The position numbers were made by a program, and so were the translations under genes. Below are positions 58,795-64,000 of a stretch of 64,000 nucleotides of DNA, piece by piece (the first letter of the stretch is position 1; the number at the start of each line of letters is the position of its first letter). Location of the stretch: IMG/VR virus record IMGVR_UViG_3300044972_002389, positions 1-64,000 of that record; one strand, given 5' to 3'. A model generated the notes under the pieces. The model did not search any database, was not told the DNA's origin, and saw nothing but the letters and a program-made list of their open reading frames with translations.

Positions 58795-59193
58795 ATGCTA
58801 CTAGCTACCCTGCCCAACTTCCTGCTGTATTTTGGCAGCAGCCTTGTGATGATTGTCATCAGCCTCTACATCTACATCCGGATCACGCCCTATGATGAGA
58901 TCCAACTCATCCGAGAAGGGAACACAGCCGCAGCACTGAGTTTTGCTGGCACCCTGCTGGGCATGACAGTAGCTATGGCCTCTGTGATCATCTACAGCAC
59001 TGGTTGGCTTGACAAGGTCATTTGGTGTGCTGTGGCACTGGCTATGCAACTCCTAATGTGGGAGATCATGAACTGGGTGTTTGGCAACCTACAGCGCAGT
59101 ATTGCAGTTGACCGCTGCATGGCTGATGCAATCATGTTGGGTACCAGCAGCCTGGCTGTTGGTATCCTACAGGCAGCCTGCTTCACCTACTAA
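58795..59193 (+). CDS. DUF350 (YjfL-like) membrane protein
   Basis: YIRITPYDEIQLIREGNTAAALSFAG..SLAVGILQAAC; 4 TM segments. Confidence 0.88.
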   Translation: MLLATLPNFLLYFGSSLVMIVISLYIYIRITPYDEIQLIREGNTAAALSFAGTLLGMTVAMASVIIYSTGWLDKVIWCAVALAMQLLMWEIMNWVFGNLQRSIAVDRCMADAIMLGTSSLAVGILQAACFTY

Positions 59194-59195
59194 GC

Positions 59196-59223
59196 TTGAC
59201 ACTTTCCTTAAACCTGCTATAGT
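59196..59223 (+). promoter_or_regulatory. Sigma70-like promoter TTGACA-16-TATAGT
   Basis: Intergenic; GGAG RBS follows. Confidence 0.65.
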
Positions 59224-59240
59224 CCTCGCAGGAGACACAC

Positions 59241-59957
59241 ATGCGACACAGTCAAAAAATTGCTCTAGTGCTGTTGGGCTCAGTAAGCGCCATCAGCCTC
59301 ACAGCTTGTGATGACAAGCCCAAGGATGGTGATCCCATCTACGAGAGTGCTGACCAATGCAAGAGCATGGGAGGCACAAATTGTGATGATCGCTGGTACA
59401 AGGCCATGAGCGATCATGTGTCTACAGCGCCGAAATACAATGACGAGCAAAGCTGTATTGCTCGTGGACACGAGCGTTGCACGTCGGTAACTGGACCGGG
59501 AAATTCGGGCAACATTTGGCTACCAGCCATGGTTGGCTTCATGGCAGGACGCATGACAGCAGATACTCGGCCGGTTTACTTTCAAGGCTACAACAGCCCT
59601 ACAAATGCCCGAGAGCGCGAAGATCGTCGAGTGATGGCTGGTGGTTACCACGGCGGCGGTGGGGCCACTACACCAGTTATGGTAGGAAACTACTACGGAG
59701 GCGGCTCGAGTTATGACAGCGGGCGCTTGGGCAGTGGCATGAACCAGGGCGCAGCCCGCGCTGGATGGAATGTAAAGCCCGCCTCTCCAGGTGCTCCGGC
59801 TGCAAGCAGTGCAGGCACAGTGGCCCGGACTATGCCCACCTCTGTAAGCCGCGCGAGTGTCCCCTCTAGTGGCTCAAGTGCTGTGAGCACCAGCAGTGCT
59901 AGCCGCGGTGGATTTGGTGGTAGTGGTGCTGGTATGGGCAGCTCGGGCGGCGGTTGA
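59241..59957 (+). CDS. DUF1190 (YgiB/YjfM-like) lipoprotein
   Basis: Lipobox LTAC; YESADQC..C..APKY..C..C..WLPAMVGFMAG; C-terminal SRGGFGG. Confidence 0.85.
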   Translation: MRHSQKIALVLLGSVSAISLTACDDKPKDGDPIYESADQCKSMGGTNCDDRWYKAMSDHVSTAPKYNDEQSCIARGHERCTSVTGPGNSGNIWLPAMVGFMAGRMTADTRPVYFQGYNSPTNAREREDRRVMAGGYHGGGGATTPVMVGNYYGGGSSYDSGRLGSGMNQGAARAGWNVKPASPGAPAASSAGTVARTMPTSVSRASVPSSGSSAVSTSSASRGGFGGSGAGMGSSGGG

Positions 59958-59981
59958 CAAACCCAAAAATTCTGCTACAGT
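59954..59981 (+). promoter_or_regulatory. Sigma70-like promoter TTGACA-16-TACAGT
   Basis: Upstream of AAGGAG and ATG 60004. Confidence 0.6.
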
Positions 59982-60003
59982 AAGGCTCAGAAGGAGACAT
60001 CAT

Positions 60004-61155
60004 ATGCGACGTCACACAATGCAGGCCCGTCCCAACTGGCGCGAGCGTGCCGAGGAAGTGGGCTTCACGTTTCACACAAGTGGCAACCCCAGCACTGGTG
60101 GAGATGGCACCTACTGGGACGAGACTGTGGCCTACGAGTTCACCAGTGCCGAGATTGATGAGCTGGAAGCTGCTACCGAAGAGGTGCATGCTCGCTGCCT
60201 CGATGCTGTGGACCGAGTGTTCAATGACCGTGAGCTGATGACGCGCATGGGCATCCCAGCTGACTATCACGACTACATCCAGTGGAGTTGGGCACGGAAC
60301 GACCCATCACTCTATGGGCGATTTGACTTCGCCTATGACGGCAAGGGTCCGCCCAAGATGCTGGAATACAACGCTGACACGCCCACTATGGTGATTGAGT
60401 CGGCTATGATGCAGTGGTTTTGGCTACAGGACGAGCGCCGTGGCGCAGATCAGTTCAACAGCCTACATGAGCGCCTCGTGGAGCGATTTACTGAGATTCG
60501 CGTGCTCATGCCACCGGGTGAGCCCTTTTACTTTGCTGGCTTTGGGGACAATGAGGAAGAGCGGCAGACTTGTGTGTATCTTCAGGACCTGGCCACACAG
60601 GCTGGCCTTGATGCACGCTTCATCAACCTAGGCGACATTGGCTGGCTCAACAATCAGTTTGTGGACCTGGAAGATCGCCCCATCAAGTATTGGTTCAAGC
60701 TGTATCCGTGGGAGTGGATGTTCTCGGATGAGTTTGGCCAGCACACAAGGAATGATGTCAGCGGCATCATTGAACCCATCTGGAAGTGCATACTGAGCAA
60801 CAAAGGCATTCTGCCTGTGCTCCACGAGATGTTCCCGGATCACCCCAACATTCTGCCTGCCTACTGGACCTCAACAGAAGCTGGTGGCAGCGACTACGTG
60901 GCTAAGCCCATGCTCAGCCGTGAGGGTGCCAACATCAGTATTGTGAGCAATGGACGCGAGGTAGCGAGCACTGCGGGCAAGTATCACGGGCACCGGATCT
61001 ACCAACAGCGGGCGCGACTGTTCCAGCAAGATGGCCATCATGCTGTGATTGGCAGTTGGGTGGTGGGAGACAAGCCAGCTGGGCTCATCATTCGAGACAG
61101 TGCCCGAGAGATTGTGCAGGACACCAGCCGCGTGGTGCCACATTGGTTTCTGTGA
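60004..61155 (+). CDS. Glutathionylspermidine synthase-family ATP-grasp ligase (YgiC/YjfC-like)
   Basis: YWDE, LYGRFDF, LEYNADTPT, QFNSLHE, FKLYPWEW, LSNKGIL, KPMLSREGAN, IGSW. Confidence 0.93.
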   Translation: MRRHTMQARPNWRERAEEVGFTFHTSGNPSTGGDGTYWDETVAYEFTSAEIDELEAATEEVHARCLDAVDRVFNDRELMTRMGIPADYHDYIQWSWARNDPSLYGRFDFAYDGKGPPKMLEYNADTPTMVIESAMMQWFWLQDERRGADQFNSLHERLVERFTEIRVLMPPGEPFYFAGFGDNEEERQTCVYLQDLATQAGLDARFINLGDIGWLNNQFVDLEDRPIKYWFKLYPWEWMFSDEFGQHTRNDVSGIIEPIWKCILSNKGILPVLHEMFPDHPNILPAYWTSTEAGGSDYVAKPMLSREGANISIVSNGREVASTAGKYHGHRIYQQRARLFQQDGHHAVIGSWVVGDKPAGLIIRDSAREIVQDTSRVVPHWFL

Positions 61156-61412
61156 GGGACTGGTTTGCACCAATTGGGACAGACATCAGCAAGTGGCGGA
61201 AACTGCCTCCGAACCAAAGAGTCTCTAGCAATAATCTATTGGCTGCTGGTTATCCGTATGTTCTGGTTCAAAATTCACAGAGTAATAAATGGAGTGAGAT
61301 TCACGCATGGTGCCAAAATGTTTTGGGACAAGACAACTACACCTGGACTGGTGATGTGTTTTGGTTCCTCACAGAAGATGATGCAGTAAAATTCTCACTT
61401 GTGTGGGGCTAA
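61152..61412 (+). CDS. Small Trp-rich protein, paralogue A
   Basis: GTG overlapping the previous stop; WSEIHAWCQNVLG..YTWTGDVFWFLTEDDAVKFSLVWG. Confidence 0.75.
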   Translation: MRDWFAPIGTDISKWRKLPPNQRVSSNNLLAAGYPYVLVQNSQSNKWSEIHAWCQNVLGQDNYTWTGDVFWFLTEDDAVKFSLVWG

Positions 61413-61492
61413 CATGGAAAAAAACATTGGTTTTCCTAGTTGACATTGATATTCGAGTTACCATATGGCCCTATCTTTCAGCAGAGACGCCC

Positions 61493-61729
61493 ATGTTTGA
61501 TATAACAAAATGGACTCGGCTTCCTAAAGACAGAATTGTGTACGGCAAAGATCTTCAGGACGCCGAGTATCCTTTTGTCTACACGTCAAAAGAACATTTT
61601 GGCAAGTGGCAGGAGATACATCAATGGTGCAACACTGTGATTGGCGCTGACAGATACACTTGGACCGGTGATGTGTTTTGGTTTCTCACGGAAGATGATG
61701 CTGTGAAATTCTCATTGGTATGGGGGTAG
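61493..61729 (+). CDS. Small Trp-rich protein, paralogue B
   Basis: WQEIHQWCNTVIG..YTWTGDVFWFLTEDDAVKFSLVWG. Confidence 0.78.
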   Translation: MFDITKWTRLPKDRIVYGKDLQDAEYPFVYTSKEHFGKWQEIHQWCNTVIGADRYTWTGDVFWFLTEDDAVKFSLVWG

Positions 61730-61730
61730 C

Positions 61731-62039
61731 ATGAAAATCCAAAGAAGTATTGATGGCTACGAGCGCAAAGACCTCTTGCAATATGTGTTTGCTTACTGTG
61801 TGAGTATTGAACAGGATATCCTCAACAGCGCCAAATTGCAAGAAATGCAGGCCTGGTGTGAAAAAGAGCTCTGTGAAGAAAGAGCAGGCAACATCATCCA
61901 GGAGGCAATGTGGGGCTGGTTGGACTACTTTGAAGGAGATTGGTGTTTCATTTACGATGATCTCCACGACAATGGCGACTGGGTGTTTTGGTTCGCCAAC
62001 AAAAGCGACATGACTAGGTTTCAACTCACATGGCTATAA
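61731..62039 (+). CDS. Small Trp-rich protein, paralogue C
   Basis: EMQAWCEKEL..W..FWFANKSDMTRFQLTWL. Confidence 0.72.
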   Translation: MKIQRSIDGYERKDLLQYVFAYCVSIEQDILNSAKLQEMQAWCEKELCEERAGNIIQEAMWGWLDYFEGDWCFIYDDLHDNGDWVFWFANKSDMTRFQLTWL

Positions 62040-62371
62040 ACGAGATTCGCTGGCAAGACATCTTTGTGGAGAAGGTGCATGAGTTTGAAAAAGTGCTGCC
62101 CATCTACAGGTGGTGCCTAGAAAGCTGGGGCAAAGAAGTGCCCGCCAATGCCTACACGTGGTTCAGGGTAGTGTTCTCAGCTGGTGAGCCCGGTGGTTGG
62201 ACCAACAGTTGGCGAGACAGTGGCTTCAGCTTGATACACATGAACAGCAAGGTAATTGAAGACATCAAAGAGGACGCGGGAAGCTATCCGGACCTACTGA
62301 AACGCTTCCCACTCTATGTTCTATTTTATAGCCAAGAGGCAGTAACTGAGTTTCGGTTGACCTGGCAATAA
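62030..62371 (+). CDS. Small Trp-rich protein, paralogue D
   Basis: IYRWCLESWG..TWF..LFYSQEAVTEFRLTWQ. Confidence 0.72.
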   Translation: MAINEIRWQDIFVEKVHEFEKVLPIYRWCLESWGKEVPANAYTWFRVVFSAGEPGGWTNSWRDSGFSLIHMNSKVIEDIKEDAGSYPDLLKRFPLYVLFYSQEAVTEFRLTWQ

Positions 62372-62425
62372 GTTTTGACGCAACAGCAAACTATGTTAAA
62401 AAAGTGTGTAACACAGGAGACTCTG

Positions 62426-63451
62426 GTGACTGACAAGCGAATTGGTTTTTGCTGTAAATTTGTATCTGAAACAGAGTTCAAAGACAAGAAGAGCGCAGCA
62501 GAGTGGCACAGCCTCTACAACACAAAAGGCACAACTGTAACCTCACTGGAAAAGCTCACACGTACACAAGCCATTGACAAGCTGTGTGGCATTGTGCGCT
62601 ACAACACTGAGGTACTTATGAGGCAGTTTCAGCTTGTAGGCAGTTGGCCACAAGAACTCCGAATGATGCGAATTGGCAGTGAGATTCTCCCTGCTCGCAC
62701 ACACGCCAATTGGAGCTCTGCCTATCAAGAATCTGTGATGATTGAAGCACTGCGCGGATTTGGGGAGGTAGGCAAACTAGCACGTGACTTCGACATTCGA
62801 CTCAGCACGCATCCTGGACAGTTCACTATGCTTGTGAGTCATGAGCCCGAGGTGGTGGAGCGTGCTATTGAAGACCTCGAGTACCACTCGGAGATTTTCC
62901 GGCTCATGGGCTTTGATGGAAGTGATCAGCGACAGGAGATCAACATCCATGGTGGTGCCCGTCGAGACGATTTCCTTGATTACTTTCAACACAGCTTTGC
63001 TCGGCTGAGCAGTGACACAAAGCAATGGCTGAGTGTGGAGAATGATGAGTACAGTTACGGTCTCGATCATCTCTTGCCCTTGAAAGACAAGGTGAAGATC
63101 TGTCTCGACATCAACCACTACTGGATTCATCAAGGAACGTATCTCAGTCCAGATGACCCAAGGCTGACCCAGGTGATTGAAAGTTGGCGTGGTGCACGTC
63201 CAGAAATTCATGTGGCTTGGCCGCACGAAGATGTACTTCCCTCCCACAGCAACACAACCAGGCCAGACATTGCGTTGCTCGAGTCAAGTGGTATCAAACG
63301 AAGCAAGCTGCGTGCCCACAGCAAGCGACCTTGGAACAAGGCGTTGAACAGCTACTGTCTTGAGTTTTGGGATAGGATGGATCTCATGTGCGAAGCCAAG
63401 GAAAAGAATTTAGCTGCTAGAGAATTATATGACTATTCTCAAACACTATAA
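62426..63451 (+). CDS. uvsE: UV DNA damage endonuclease
   Basis: RIGFCCK, MRIGSEILP, RLSTHPGQF, INIHGG, VENDE, LDINHYW, EAKEKN; GTG start after AGGAG. Confidence 0.9.
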   Translation: MTDKRIGFCCKFVSETEFKDKKSAAEWHSLYNTKGTTVTSLEKLTRTQAIDKLCGIVRYNTEVLMRQFQLVGSWPQELRMMRIGSEILPARTHANWSSAYQESVMIEALRGFGEVGKLARDFDIRLSTHPGQFTMLVSHEPEVVERAIEDLEYHSEIFRLMGFDGSDQRQEINIHGGARRDDFLDYFQHSFARLSSDTKQWLSVENDEYSYGLDHLLPLKDKVKICLDINHYWIHQGTYLSPDDPRLTQVIESWRGARPEIHVAWPHEDVLPSHSNTTRPDIALLESSGIKRSKLRAHSKRPWNKALNSYCLEFWDRMDLMCEAKEKNLAARELYDYSQTL

Positions 63452-63494
63452 ATAACCACTTAAACCATCTTTTATACCAAGGAGCACATATGAG

Positions 63495-63875
63495 ATGAAA
63501 AACCTACCAAGCTGGGGCAAACATTTGGTCGTCGATGCAGCAGGGTGCAATGAAGCCATCAACGACAAAGAGACTGTAACCAAATGGGTTGACCAACTGG
63601 TTAACGATATTGATATGATTGCATTTGGTCGACCAGAGATTCATTGGTTCGCAGACCACGATGTTACTAAAGCTGGTATCAGTGCTGTGCAACTTATTAC
63701 TACATCGGCTATTGTATGTCATTTTGTACCTCACACTTGGACACTTCACCTAGACGTGTTTTCTTGTAAGGACTTTGATTCCAATATTGTGCTCAAGCTG
63801 TTGCAGGAATATTTTGGGGTGAAAGCTTGGAATATCAAGGAGTTTGAACGCGAAGCTCCTGACCTCAATAGCTGA
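63495..63875 (+). CDS. speD: S-adenosylmethionine decarboxylase proenzyme-like protein
   Basis: WGKHLVVDAAGC, GISAVQLITTSAIVCHF, HLDVFSCKDF; TATAAATA at 63447-63454. Confidence 0.82.
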   Translation: MKNLPSWGKHLVVDAAGCNEAINDKETVTKWVDQLVNDIDMIAFGRPEIHWFADHDVTKAGISAVQLITTSAIVCHFVPHTWTLHLDVFSCKDFDSNIVLKLLQEYFGVKAWNIKEFEREAPDLNS

Positions 63876-63897
63876 ATTATATTATAAGGAAAAAGTA

Positions 63898-64000
63898 ATG
63901 CTTATAGGTTATGCAAGGACTAGCACACATGAACAATCCGCAAGTCTAGAATCTCAAATTGCAGCATTGCAACAGGCTGGGTGTGAAAAAATCTTCGCAG
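63898..64000 (+). CDS. Serine recombinase (resolvase/invertase type), 5' part
   Basis: Manual translation MLIGYARTSTHEQSASLESQIAALQQAGCEKIFA; GYARxS catalytic motif; AAGGA RBS; truncated by the window edge. Confidence 0.85.
   Translation, partial: MLIGYARTSTHEQSASLESQIAALQQAGCEKIFA

Overview
This window reads as part of a large dsDNA tailed-phage (jumbo/myovirus-like) genome in the standard genetic code. There are no tRNA, rRNA or CRISPR arrays. Layout: (1) 1-9138, minus-strand virion genes: a (Gly-Pro-Thr)n collagen-like fibre cut by the window edge, and a ~2500-aa structural protein with a pectin-lyase-like region and repeated C-x-R-D helical domains resembling phycobiliproteins. (2) 9240-14367: phoH, hypothetical genes, a ~480-nt highly base-paired intergenic element (candidate large ncRNA), a SpoU/TrmH methyltransferase and IF-1. 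(3) 14357-21318, minus-strand glycosylation cassette: two GT2-TPR paralogues, a nucleotidyltransferase-HAD fusion, a cupin and others. (4) 21419-24605: dnaJ-like and clpA. (5) 25160-41497: fibre/adhesin block with a Gly-x-Ser repeat fibre, glycine-rich proteins, an in-frame GT2/tail-fibre deletion scar and six tandem RCC1 beta-propeller paralogues showing DNA-level homogenisation. (6) 41530-55844: tailoring enzymes (carbamoyl-, sulfo-, methyl- and glycosyltransferases, Mrp/ApbC, an oxygenase/APS-kinase-like fusion, epimerase, RfbH-like dehydratase) plus RyR-domain and vWA proteins. (7) 55904-64000: genes with sigma70-type promoters, including an HD hydrolase, DNA ligase, a DUF350-DUF1190-glutathionylspermidine-synthase-like module, a family of small Trp-rich paralogues, uvsE, speD and the start of a serine recombinase. 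T4-like late motifs (TAAATA) precede many structural genes. All product calls come from motif recognition by eye; no searches were run.
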